Source of the DNA: a virus
Strand: one strand, 5' to 3'
Virus record (IMG/VR): IMGVR_UViG_3300032242_001941
Coordinates: 32,001-96,000 of that record
DNA length: 64,000 nt
The notes beneath the pieces were generated by a model. That model was not told the origin of the DNA. It searched no databases and saw only the letters and a program-made list of their open reading frames with translations. This document shows positions 21,369-30,080 of this stretch, one piece after another (positions within the stretch are counted from its first letter, which is position 1; the number at the start of each line of letters is the position of its first letter). The translations under genes were made by a program, and so were the position numbers.

Positions 21369-21562
21369 TGAAATACTACGACTACGAATGGGATTTAGAA
21401 CCTAATAGAATTTTATTAGATTCAGAACTTAACGTAAATGCACTAGGTTGGCAAACCGGCGACTATTTCAAAGTTTCTACTGTCAATGGTCGTGCTATGT
21501 TAGTCAAAGTAGATCCGTTAGAAAAATTCTTAAGAGATGGAGTTAGCAATGAAAAAACATAA
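21368..21562 (+). CDS. Small protein, possibly AbrB/MazE-like fold
   Basis: LGWQTGD.F.V....G...L.K pattern. Confidence 0.4.
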   Translation: MKYYDYEWDLEPNRILLDSELNVNALGWQTGDYFKVSTVNGRAMLVKVDPLEKFLRDGVSNEKT

Positions 21563-21664
21563 TCCATATAAATTACCACCGCATCAAATTTGGACTGATT
21601 GGGATCTAGCCAAGTTTGCTCTGATAGCATTTGTGGTCGGCATTGCGGTAGGAGCAATATTATA

Positions 21665-21949
21665 ATGGGCGGCCTAGCAGAAATTATCAGCAAGTACGGA
21701 TTCCCAATGGTCATGGCAGTTGGCATGGGCTTTATCATACGCATGGTCTGGGAATGGTGTACCAAGGAAATCAAACCAGTTATCAATGATGCCAACGCAG
21801 TTCTTATTGGTCTTATTGATCGCATCCGTATGTTGGACAATGATTTGATTCGGTTGAATCAAAAAGTTAATACTGTGTTGCATCTACGTGGCAAAAGTAT
21901 TGATCACGAGCGTGTAGAAGCTGAACAACAGATCAACGAAAAATCGTAA
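21665..21949 (+). CDS. Small single-TM protein (paralogue B)
   Basis: IISKYGFPM TM segment plus LIDRIRMLDNDLIRLN; similar to the protein at 20821. Confidence 0.75.
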   Translation: MGGLAEIISKYGFPMVMAVGMGFIIRMVWEWCTKEIKPVINDANAVLIGLIDRIRMLDNDLIRLNQKVNTVLHLRGKSIDHERVEAEQQINEKS

Positions 21950-22002
21950 TACCGCCACTTAATATCTGTAAAAAACTATTAAATAATAGTAGGAGCTAGA
22001 GT

Positions 22003-22494
22003 ATGAAAAAAATAATAATAATAACTCTCTTAGCTTCTGCGCCTGCGTTTGTCACGGCTGCAGAACTACAACACTATTTTAGTAGCCCGGCCTTTAGCGG
22101 CGTTGGATACAGTAGCCATGTCTTGACTTTACAACAGCTAGAAACTCAACAAAAAGAAAAAAATAAATTGGCCGCAGATGCTATTGCAGCCAAAGCAGCC
22201 GCAGATGCTGCAAATACTCCACAGGCTAGATTTTTAGCCAACATTGAAAGTAGAGTCTATGCTCAACTAGCCAAACAAATTACCGATAGTTTGTTTGGTA
22301 CAGACGGTGTGCCTAGTTGTAAAGCAGTAAATCCTTACAGTCAGTGCGGATCTGTAAACATAGCGGGCAATGATATCACTTGGCGCCTGGGCGACCCAGC
22401 AAACGCCAGCGAAAAAGGCATGTTAGTAATCAACATTGCTGGTGCCACCGGCAACGTTCAAATGATGGTGCCATCTGGAACCTTTGCTTTTTAA
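22003..22494 (+). CDS. csgF: Curli assembly protein CsgF-like
   Basis: Signal peptide then ELQHYFSSPAFSG (cf. CsgF FQFRNPNFGG); F..NIESRVYAQLAKQI...LFG. Confidence 0.8.
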   Translation: MKKIIIITLLASAPAFVTAAELQHYFSSPAFSGVGYSSHVLTLQQLETQQKEKNKLAADAIAAKAAADAANTPQARFLANIESRVYAQLAKQITDSLFGTDGVPSCKAVNPYSQCGSVNIAGNDITWRLGDPANASEKGMLVINIAGATGNVQMMVPSGTFAF

Positions 22495-22503
22495 GAAAAA
22501 TAT

Positions 22504-23319
22504 ATGAAACATACCGTAATTTCCTTGCTTGCAATTGCTTTATTAGGTGGATGTGCCATTGGCAGTGGTATCCGCGAACAGCTGACAAACAAGCAGTTTG
22601 ACGAACCAGTGATAGAAAAAAGTATTGTATTAGCACAGCCAAAAAATCAACTAGCACCACCGGCAGATGGACCTATTGCTGTGGCTGTGTACGGATTCCA
22701 AGATAAAACAGGGCAACGCAAAAGTCAACTTGCTGTGGCCAGTTTAAGCAGTGCTGTAACACAAGGCGGCGAAAGTTACTTGATTAAAGCCTTACAAGAT
22801 GTAGGCGATGGCCGCTGGTTCACTGTGGTAGAAAGAGTTGGGCTAGACAACCTAATCAAAGAACGACAAATGATTCGCCAGGGTCGCGAACAGTATCAAG
22901 GACGTGATGCTAAACCGTTACCGCCAATGGTATTTGCCGGAATGATTGTGGAAGGTGCTATTGTGGGCTATGATTCAAATACTCTTACAGGTGGCGCCGG
23001 TATGCGTATCTTTGGTATTGGCGGCCAAACACAGTATCAAAGTGATACAGTCACGATTAGTTTGAGAACAGTCAGTGTTCTTACTGGAGAAGTATTGACC
23101 ACAGTTACAGTTACAAAAACTGTGTTGAGTTACATGGATAAATTTACAGTATTGAGATTTATCAATGACGGAACTAACTCCTTAGAATCAGAAATAGGAG
23201 GTAGTATAAACGAAAGTATTAACCGAGCAACAAGCGCAGCCATACAAGCCGCAGTGGTTGATACGATTCGTGAAGGTGCTCGTAAAGGACACTGGAATTT
23301 TAAAGAAGTAAAAAAATAA
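22504..23319 (+). CDS. csgG: Curli secretion channel CsgG-like outer-membrane lipoprotein
   Basis: Lipobox LLGG-C; VAVYGFQDKTGQRK, SSAVTQG, WFTVVERVGLDNLIKERQ, EGAIVGYDSN. Confidence 0.93.
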   Translation: MKHTVISLLAIALLGGCAIGSGIREQLTNKQFDEPVIEKSIVLAQPKNQLAPPADGPIAVAVYGFQDKTGQRKSQLAVASLSSAVTQGGESYLIKALQDVGDGRWFTVVERVGLDNLIKERQMIRQGREQYQGRDAKPLPPMVFAGMIVEGAIVGYDSNTLTGGAGMRIFGIGGQTQYQSDTVTISLRTVSVLTGEVLTTVTVTKTVLSYMDKFTVLRFINDGTNSLESEIGGSINESINRATSAAIQAAVVDTIREGARKGHWNFKEVKK

Positions 23320-23369
23320 CAATAAAAAATAGGAGCTTAGATTGGGGATAACCCAACTTTGAACAAACA

Positions 23370-24167
23370 ATGAAAACAAACAAATTAAATACAGCCTATA
23401 CAATATTTGCTGTGTTGGCATTTGTTTCATTAAATGCAGCCGCACAAAATGCGGCCACTGGACCTAACAAGGTTTACCTGGAACAGATTGGTAGCACTAA
23501 TACCATCACAGTTCAACAGGTTGGCGGCACTAACAATGTTGGCGGCACCGGCGGCAATGTAACAGTAGATACCAATGGCGTAACTACTTTTACACCCGAT
23601 GCCCCTGGCAGTACTAACTATGCTACAATCACGGGTGCTAACAATGTGGTTGGACTTAGTCAGACTGGTAGTAACAACACGGCTCAGTACAATATCACTG
23701 GCAGTAACAATACCTATAACAGTACTGTGGCTGGCAATAACAATCAAACTCGTTTGATCATGGGTGGTGCCAATGCCACAGCCAATTACAATACTGTAAC
23801 AGAAACAGTTACTGGCAGTAATAACTTGATATTACAAAACGTTCAAGGCAGTAATGTGGTCAGTGGTATTGGAATTGTTGGCAGTACCAACCAAGTGACT
23901 ACTGATTTATTAAGTAACCGCGGAAGTTCTAATATACAAATCACTGGCAGTACCAACGTGATCAATGCTGAACAGACGGGCGGTGCTGGTGCCAATGGGC
24001 ACATATTGATTAATAATGTGATAGGCGACTATAACAGTATTACCACCCAGCAACAGGGTTCTATTGATACAACAATCGATCTTAAGACCACAGGTAGTTT
24101 CAATACCGTCACGGTACGGTCCAGCGACTCGGCCATTGTCAATTCAAGAACTGCTGTAGCAAGGTAA
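23370..24167 (+). CDS. Secreted curlin-like beta-solenoid repeat protein
   Basis: Signal peptide; repeated Q.G..N / (I/V)TGS.N units; N/G/T-rich; immediately after csgG. Confidence 0.75.
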   Translation: MKTNKLNTAYTIFAVLAFVSLNAAAQNAATGPNKVYLEQIGSTNTITVQQVGGTNNVGGTGGNVTVDTNGVTTFTPDAPGSTNYATITGANNVVGLSQTGSNNTAQYNITGSNNTYNSTVAGNNNQTRLIMGGANATANYNTVTETVTGSNNLILQNVQGSNVVSGIGIVGSTNQVTTDLLSNRGSSNIQITGSTNVINAEQTGGAGANGHILINNVIGDYNSITTQQQGSIDTTIDLKTTGSFNTVTVRSSDSAIVNSRTAVAR

Positions 24168-24168
24168 T

Positions 24169-25269
24169 ATGCAGAAACTAATCACAGCCCTTTGCGTTAT
24201 GGTTGTATGTAACGCCTGGGCTGGCATTGGCACGGTTTCAGAACACAAAGGTACAGCCTGCGAGATCACACGAGACAAAAATAAATTATCTGGGCACAAA
24301 GATGCCATAGTTGAAAGTATGGACACATATACCACCGGTGCATGTGTCAGCAACATTACATTTAAAGATGACACAAAGGTTCGCATAACTGAGAACAGTC
24401 GCTTGCTTATTGATGATTTTGTATTTGATCCCAAGGCCAGCGATGCCGGCAAACTGGCTCTTAAAGTGAGCGCAGGCACTGTGCGCTATGCGTCGGGCCA
24501 GATTGCTAAAAATAGTCCACAAAAAGTAAATATTCAAACGCCAACAGCCACAGTGGCAGTTCGTGGTACTGATTTTACCATGACCGTTGACGAAGCTGGA
24601 CAAAGTCTGATAATGTTAATACCTAGTTGTAAAGATATCAACGAAGTTAAACAATATGAATTAGAAGAGAATAGATGCAAAGTTGGACGTATCGAAGTAA
24701 GCACTCTTGCTGGGTCAGTGGTCTTAGACCAAGCATTTGAAGCAACCTATGTTATGAGTGCTCTAATGGCACCAACTCCACCTATTGTTGTCAACACTGT
24801 TGAAAGTAAAATTAATAATAATCTTATTATTGTTAAACCTGTTGAAGTTCAACGAGCTATTAAAGAAGCAACAAAAACCAAACAAGAACAAGAACTTGAC
24901 GACATCGAAGCCGACGCGGCTCGACGACTAGCACAGGCTGTGGCCAAATCCGCCGAAGCCATTGAGGAAGCTCGTGTTTCCAAGTTTGTTGACCTTGCCA
25001 AACGGTCTGGGTGTAATTCTGCTACCAGTGTCTGTGTGATATGGGATAGACCGTCTGAAACAGAAATGATCAGTCGTGGACGTGGTATTGCATTCCGCCT
25101 AACAGAAAATGAGCATTATGCCGAAGTCAAGACACTTGGGTATGTATCCAACACCACAATTAACATTACACATAATGATATGCCATCATCGATCACTATC
25201 GGCGATGGCTCTCCTGGTGGAACTATTGTAACTATTAAACAAAACAATGGAGTATTAAAGTCTAAGTAG
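24169..25269 (+). CDS. Periplasmic FecR-domain protein
   Basis: Signal peptide; ITFKDDTKVRITENSRLLID, GTVRYASG, TPTATVAVRGTDF. Confidence 0.88.
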   Translation: MQKLITALCVMVVCNAWAGIGTVSEHKGTACEITRDKNKLSGHKDAIVESMDTYTTGACVSNITFKDDTKVRITENSRLLIDDFVFDPKASDAGKLALKVSAGTVRYASGQIAKNSPQKVNIQTPTATVAVRGTDFTMTVDEAGQSLIMLIPSCKDINEVKQYELEENRCKVGRIEVSTLAGSVVLDQAFEATYVMSALMAPTPPIVVNTVESKINNNLIIVKPVEVQRAIKEATKTKQEQELDDIEADAARRLAQAVAKSAEAIEEARVSKFVDLAKRSGCNSATSVCVIWDRPSETEMISRGRGIAFRLTENEHYAEVKTLGYVSNTTINITHNDMPSSITIGDGSPGGTIVTIKQNNGVLKSK

Positions 25270-25363
25270 CCCAAGAGTGTATACGTAGTTTATTTTTTAA
25301 TGGGCAGTACTTAAATACTATGCAGGCATATTATAACTATAACAAGCCGGCTACGCAGGATTT

Positions 25364-25393
25364 TATACCCACTTTACAGTGGGTATTTTTTTT
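25364..25393 (+). terminator. Intrinsic terminator
   Basis: ATACCCACT-TTAC-AGTGGGTAT followed by a T run. Confidence 0.75.
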
Positions 25394-25422
25394 GTTAAAT
25401 ACTAGTCATACCGGAGATACAA

Positions 25423-25647
25423 ATGACTGACTTTTTTAAACCCGATCCAAGAATTACTGACCCTGCACTAAGAGATTTAGAAAAAAAAGTGCATTGGCTT
25501 ATGTCACAAATTTATGCCGGAAGCTGGGCGCAGATGTGTAGTGATGCAGGGCTCGATTGTAATACCGTGTATAATACATTTCCAGATAATTTTGATATAA
25601 ACAATATTAGACCAGACGCAGAAGAAGTTCAAAATAACGATGCTTAA
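25423..25647 (+). CDS. Hypothetical protein
   Basis: GGAG RBS; overlaps the cyclase start; TAAATA upstream. Confidence 0.6.
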   Translation: MTDFFKPDPRITDPALRDLEKKVHWLMSQIYAGSWAQMCSDAGLDCNTVYNTFPDNFDINNIRPDAEEVQNNDA

Positions 25648-27691
25648 AAAAATCTTAACAAGTCCGTGGACTGCTCTATTGACGCTGGCCTTAGTAGTGG
25701 GGTTACGGGTAGCAGACCCTACATTTGTTGAAAGCGTTCGTCTACGCTATTTTGATACGCTTATAACTAGTAAGCCTGCAGAAGTTATAGGTGTTAGTGT
25801 TGTAAACATTGATGAAAAGGCATTAGAAAAATATGGACAATTTCCTTTCTCCCGCGATCAGTACGCTGCCATCGTCCGGGATTTATATCGCCGCAATGCT
25901 GGTCTTGTTGTTTTTAACATCCTTACTCCTGATCGCGATCGCATGGGGCATGATGCAGAATACATCCAAGCCCTTCGCCAGTATCCAACAATTCTCCCTA
26001 ACATTGGGTCGCAAACTTCTCGTAATACTCCAAAAGCTCCTGGCTCAGTAGTCATAGGCCCATTTGGTCTAGATGCCTTTGTTACCTATCCTGGTATTAT
26101 TGCTAACCAACCTGCTATTGAAAATGCCGCAGTCGGTGTTGGTATTGTAAATACCTTGCCAGAAGTAGACGGTGTCGTTCGTCGCATGCCAATGGTAGTA
26201 GCATATGATGGCAAGTTGTACCCGAGCCTTGCTATGGAAACACTTCGAGTAGCTGGCGCCGACACCACTTTCCAAGTGAAGATCAACGAAACAGGCGTTG
26301 AGAAAATGCGCATTCCAAAGTTTGGAGCTATTACAACAGATTCATTGAGCCGTATTTGGGTTGACTGGTCACTGGTACCAAGTAAATATGGTTTAACGGA
26401 CTTGCCAAAAGATTTTGAAGGTGAAATTGTTATTGTTGGTGTATCAGCACAAGGACTTGCAAACCCTGTAGCTACAAGCCTTGGCGAAATGCTACCACAA
26501 GATTTACAAGCAAGTGTATTGGGTACTGTAATTGCCAATAGAGATCGTCCGGCAATTACTCGCCCAGATTGGGCCGATGGTGCAGAAATTGTATTTGTCG
26601 TTACGGCAGGTATTGTATTGTTATTTTTATCAAGGTGGGTTTATGTTGGACTTTGTTCATCTGTTTTTATACTCGGCGGGAGTATATTGCTGTCTCGTTG
26701 GGCTTATGGAAATTACGCTTGGCTTGTGGACGCGACTATTCCAGTCGTTGGCCTTGGCCTTGTGCTTCTTCATGCTTATGGTGTTAAGTTCGTAAGTGAG
26801 TTTTTACAAAAGCAAGCAATCAAGAAACAGTTTGCTGGCTACTGCTCCAAAGAAGTAGTGGAGCTATTGCAAAAAGATCCAGACCTAATCAAACGCGGTG
26901 TGCGCAAAGATGTCAGTGTCATGTTCTCAGACCTACGTGGCTTTACTCCTATCGGTGAACACTATGGTGATGATGTTGCTGGACTTGGAAAATATATGAA
27001 CGGTTATATGGATAGCATTAGTTGTCCTATTCTAGATAACAAAGGTATGATTATTAAGTATGTAGGTGATGCATCGATGCACATACACGGCGCTCCTATT
27101 GAAGATCCTAATCACGCACATACTATTGTTAAGGTAGGACTTGAGATGTTAGATGCTGTGGATGAATACACTAAACTAATGGAAGCACAAGGATTACCTC
27201 CTGCCGCAATGGGTTGGGGTTGTAACTCAGGTATTGGCTTTATTGGTGAAATGGGAAGCACAGATAGACACAGCTATGACATCTTAGGTGACATGGTTTC
27301 AACAGCTGCACGACTAGAAGCACGTTGTAAGGCCTATGGTGTGTTATGTATTATTGGTGCTGAAACATACAATAGAACTCGAGACGATTTCTTTTACTTG
27401 TTACTAGACAACTTGCAACCAAAAGGCAAAACAGTAGCAGACTTAATCTATACAGTATTACGTACTAAAGGTGTAGACTACAGTAAAGATAAGGCACAAC
27501 ACGAAAAAATGCATGACTTGTACCGAGCTAAAAAGTTTGATGAAGCCGCCGCTATGTGTACTAAAATGAAAGGCACCTTTGGCGGGCAGATGGACAAGTA
27601 CTACAAGATATGGATTGAACGTTGCGAGTTTATGAAAGAACAAAATTTACCAGATAACTGGAATGGCGAATTTGTGGCACACGAAAAATAG
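25640..27691 (+). CDS. CHASE2-domain class III adenylate/guanylate cyclase
   Basis: N-terminal TM; VNIDEKAL..YGQFPF.R and DGVVRRMP (CHASE2); three TMs; MFSDLRGFT, KYVGDA, YDILGDMVSTAARLE. Confidence 0.95.
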   Translation: MLKKILTSPWTALLTLALVVGLRVADPTFVESVRLRYFDTLITSKPAEVIGVSVVNIDEKALEKYGQFPFSRDQYAAIVRDLYRRNAGLVVFNILTPDRDRMGHDAEYIQALRQYPTILPNIGSQTSRNTPKAPGSVVIGPFGLDAFVTYPGIIANQPAIENAAVGVGIVNTLPEVDGVVRRMPMVVAYDGKLYPSLAMETLRVAGADTTFQVKINETGVEKMRIPKFGAITTDSLSRIWVDWSLVPSKYGLTDLPKDFEGEIVIVGVSAQGLANPVATSLGEMLPQDLQASVLGTVIANRDRPAITRPDWADGAEIVFVVTAGIVLLFLSRWVYVGLCSSVFILGGSILLSRWAYGNYAWLVDATIPVVGLGLVLLHAYGVKFVSEFLQKQAIKKQFAGYCSKEVVELLQKDPDLIKRGVRKDVSVMFSDLRGFTPIGEHYGDDVAGLGKYMNGYMDSISCPILDNKGMIIKYVGDASMHIHGAPIEDPNHAHTIVKVGLEMLDAVDEYTKLMEAQGLPPAAMGWGCNSGIGFIGEMGSTDRHSYDILGDMVSTAARLEARCKAYGVLCIIGAETYNRTRDDFFYLLLDNLQPKGKTVADLIYTVLRTKGVDYSKDKAQHEKMHDLYRAKKFDEAAAMCTKMKGTFGGQMDKYYKIWIERCEFMKEQNLPDNWNGEFVAHEK

Positions 27692-27743
27692 CCCTATAGT
27701 TAAACTTTAGAGGGGTTGTAAAAAGGTCATAATTAATGTTTAT

Positions 27744-28268
27744 ATGACCCGCACTATTCACAAATATCAATTACATCCATTTTGGGATGATGAATACAAA
27801 CATTTATCCTATGTTCATGAATCATTTAATGATCCTGAATTAACTAACACTTGGTTGGCCCAGGGTTATCCTGATCAATTTACCGGCGACATGTGTGATA
27901 TGCGCAGTCCACAACCCACGTGGAATCAACGATTTGTGGACATCTTTCGAGGGCAAGGGTGGCGAGACGTTGGTACCAGTTATTATCGAATGAATACTGG
28001 TACAGTATTACCTACTCACAGTGACTTATACCTAAAATACATCGAACTTTTTAACTTACGAGGTCGCGAACATACCATACGCCGTGCTATAATATTTTTA
28101 GAAGATTGGCAACCGGGCCACTATGCTGAATATCGAAATATTGCCTATGTGAATTGGCGAGCCGGTGCCACAATTGAATGGACATATGATACTCCACACA
28201 TGGCAGCTAATTTAGGATTAACTCCAAGATACACTTTACAAATAACAGGACACATAGATGGTCAATAG
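27744..28268 (+). CDS. 2OG-Fe(II) oxygenase-like (double-stranded beta-helix) protein
   Basis: LPTHSD...PHMAAN.G..PRYTLQITG facial-triad pattern. Confidence 0.75.
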   Translation: MTRTIHKYQLHPFWDDEYKHLSYVHESFNDPELTNTWLAQGYPDQFTGDMCDMRSPQPTWNQRFVDIFRGQGWRDVGTSYYRMNTGTVLPTHSDLYLKYIELFNLRGREHTIRRAIIFLEDWQPGHYAEYRNIAYVNWRAGATIEWTYDTPHMAANLGLTPRYTLQITGHIDGQ

Positions 28269-29181
28269 TCGCAATGAATGGGATCCGTTAGAAGCTATTA
28301 TTGTAGGTAGTGCTACCAATGCTAATTGGCCAATGACTGATCCAGTGTTTGCTGAAGAAGCTAGGAATAGCCTGTGGACCAAAACACCGGCACCCGGTGG
28401 CCCAGTGCCGCAGTTTATCGTTGATGAAGCTAATCGCGAATTAGACATCTTGTCAGAAACCCTAGTTCGATATGGCGCTACAGTTTATCGTCCTCGACCA
28501 ATGGATTTTGTTAAACGCCAAGGCATGTACAACTATTGTCCAAGAGATCGACTACTAGTGGCCGGCGATACTGTAGTTGACTGCAACATGATGTATCCGT
28601 GTCGCAATCAGGAAATTGAAAATTATTATAGATTACTTGCAGATGCTTGTAACACATATACTATGCCTAGAGACCAAGATATGACCCTGGATGCCGCAAA
28701 CATTTGTCGACTTGGAGATACTTGGTTATTTTTACAATCAGCATCGGGTAGTATTTCTGCGTACTATTGGTTAAAGTCAAAATTCCCTAAAATTACAATT
28801 GAGCTGTGTAACTTTTACGCAGGTGTCCATATTGATTCTACTATTACTCCTTTGCGTGAAGGACTAGTCATGTTAAATGCCGGACGTGTTACTGAAGATA
28901 ACTGTCCACAAGCATTTCAAGATTGGGAAAAAATTTGGGTCACAGAAAACATGATTGTAGCACAAGACTTTTATCAATATCCTTATGCGTCAAAATGGAT
29001 AGCTATGAATATGTTGGTCTTGGATCCAGAAACTGTAATCATAGATGCCGCACAAACAGAGCTAATTACTATACTGAAGTCCCGAGGAATTGATTCAATT
29101 CCCTTGACACTAAGCCATAGTAGAACACTAGGCGGCGGATTTCATTGTGTAACCTTGGATACTCGTAGACGTCATGCATAA
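28258..29181 (+). CDS. Amidinotransferase (glycine/inosamine-phosphate type)
   Basis: NEWDPL, CPRD, HIDST, GGGFHCVTLD. Confidence 0.9.
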   Translation: MVNSRNEWDPLEAIIVGSATNANWPMTDPVFAEEARNSLWTKTPAPGGPVPQFIVDEANRELDILSETLVRYGATVYRPRPMDFVKRQGMYNYCPRDRLLVAGDTVVDCNMMYPCRNQEIENYYRLLADACNTYTMPRDQDMTLDAANICRLGDTWLFLQSASGSISAYYWLKSKFPKITIELCNFYAGVHIDSTITPLREGLVMLNAGRVTEDNCPQAFQDWEKIWVTENMIVAQDFYQYPYASKWIAMNMLVLDPETVIIDAAQTELITILKSRGIDSIPLTLSHSRTLGGGFHCVTLDTRRRHA

Positions 29182-29737
29182 AATAAAAGAAAAAATTAGT
29201 TGGGTATTATCAGATTCTGTAGTATTAGATCCTACACAGGATATCGAAGAACTTAAACGAGTTGGTGCATTTTGGGGAAGTTGGCGCACCTGGAGAGCCT
29301 GTCAAACAGACAACGTAATCTGTCACGATCAGATCAAGGCCGACGAGTTGATACAACGAGAATTTCAAAAGTCCTGTAATTTTTACATACCAGAATCGGT
29401 TAATGCTAGTATTAATCGACCCGAGGGTGTAAAAGTGTATGCTGGAGAATTTGTACATAATGTAATAAAGCAAGAAGAAATTGTGGCCATGCATTTGGCT
29501 GCAACCACCAGTGATATTGTTATAATGCTAGGATGGGATCTTACTACACTTGAGGCCAATGCAGATCGTTTGCAGGCCAATCAAGCACAGCATCATCGTA
29601 ATTTGGTGCAACAGGCCTTTATAACTTACAACCAGATTCAATGGGTCATAGTAGATCATGCAGGTCCAATTGATCCAAATTTAACTGATTTGGACAATGT
29701 AGTCACCGATACTTTGGCTACAGTTTTACACTTATAA
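29174..29737 (+). CDS. Hypothetical protein, possibly glycosyltransferase-like Rossmann fold
   Basis: AMHLAA...IVIMLGWD pattern; weak. Confidence 0.45.
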   Translation: MHKIKEKISWVLSDSVVLDPTQDIEELKRVGAFWGSWRTWRACQTDNVICHDQIKADELIQREFQKSCNFYIPESVNASINRPEGVKVYAGEFVHNVIKQEEIVAMHLAATTSDIVIMLGWDLTTLEANADRLQANQAQHHRNLVQQAFITYNQIQWVIVDHAGPIDPNLTDLDNVVTDTLATVLHL

Positions 29738-29739
29738 CC

Positions 29740-29768
29740 TTGACAATTAATACATATTGCCGTATAAT
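29740..29768 (+). promoter_or_regulatory. sigma70 promoter
   Basis: TTGACA-17bp-TATAAT. Confidence 0.78.
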
Positions 29769-29774
29769 AGCAGT

Positions 29775-30080
29775 ATGACTAAGAAAACTGGCAATTATAC
29801 TGCTCCTGACAAATCAGACTTGCATAGATGGTATGTTTATACACATACCGATCCGGCAACTGGAGAAATTGTTTATGTAGGCGAAGGTACTGGTCAGCGA
29901 TTTTCAGCCGTTAACACTCGAGCAAGCGACCATTCTTGGTTTCTTAAAGAAGTAATACATGACAAACGGCTAGACTGTTTTCAGATTGTTGAATCACGGT
30001 TAACTAAAGAAGAAGCAAGAGCACTAGAGTATCAACTAATTACCAAATATAAACCAAAATTTAATAAAGCGATGAAATGA
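29775..30080 (+). CDS. GIY-YIG-like nuclease domain protein
   Basis: YVYTH...VYVGEG...R...A..LE..LI...P.FN. Confidence 0.7.
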   Translation: MTKKTGNYTAPDKSDLHRWYVYTHTDPATGEIVYVGEGTGQRFSAVNTRASDHSWFLKEVIHDKRLDCFQIVESRLTKEEARALEYQLITKYKPKFNKAMK

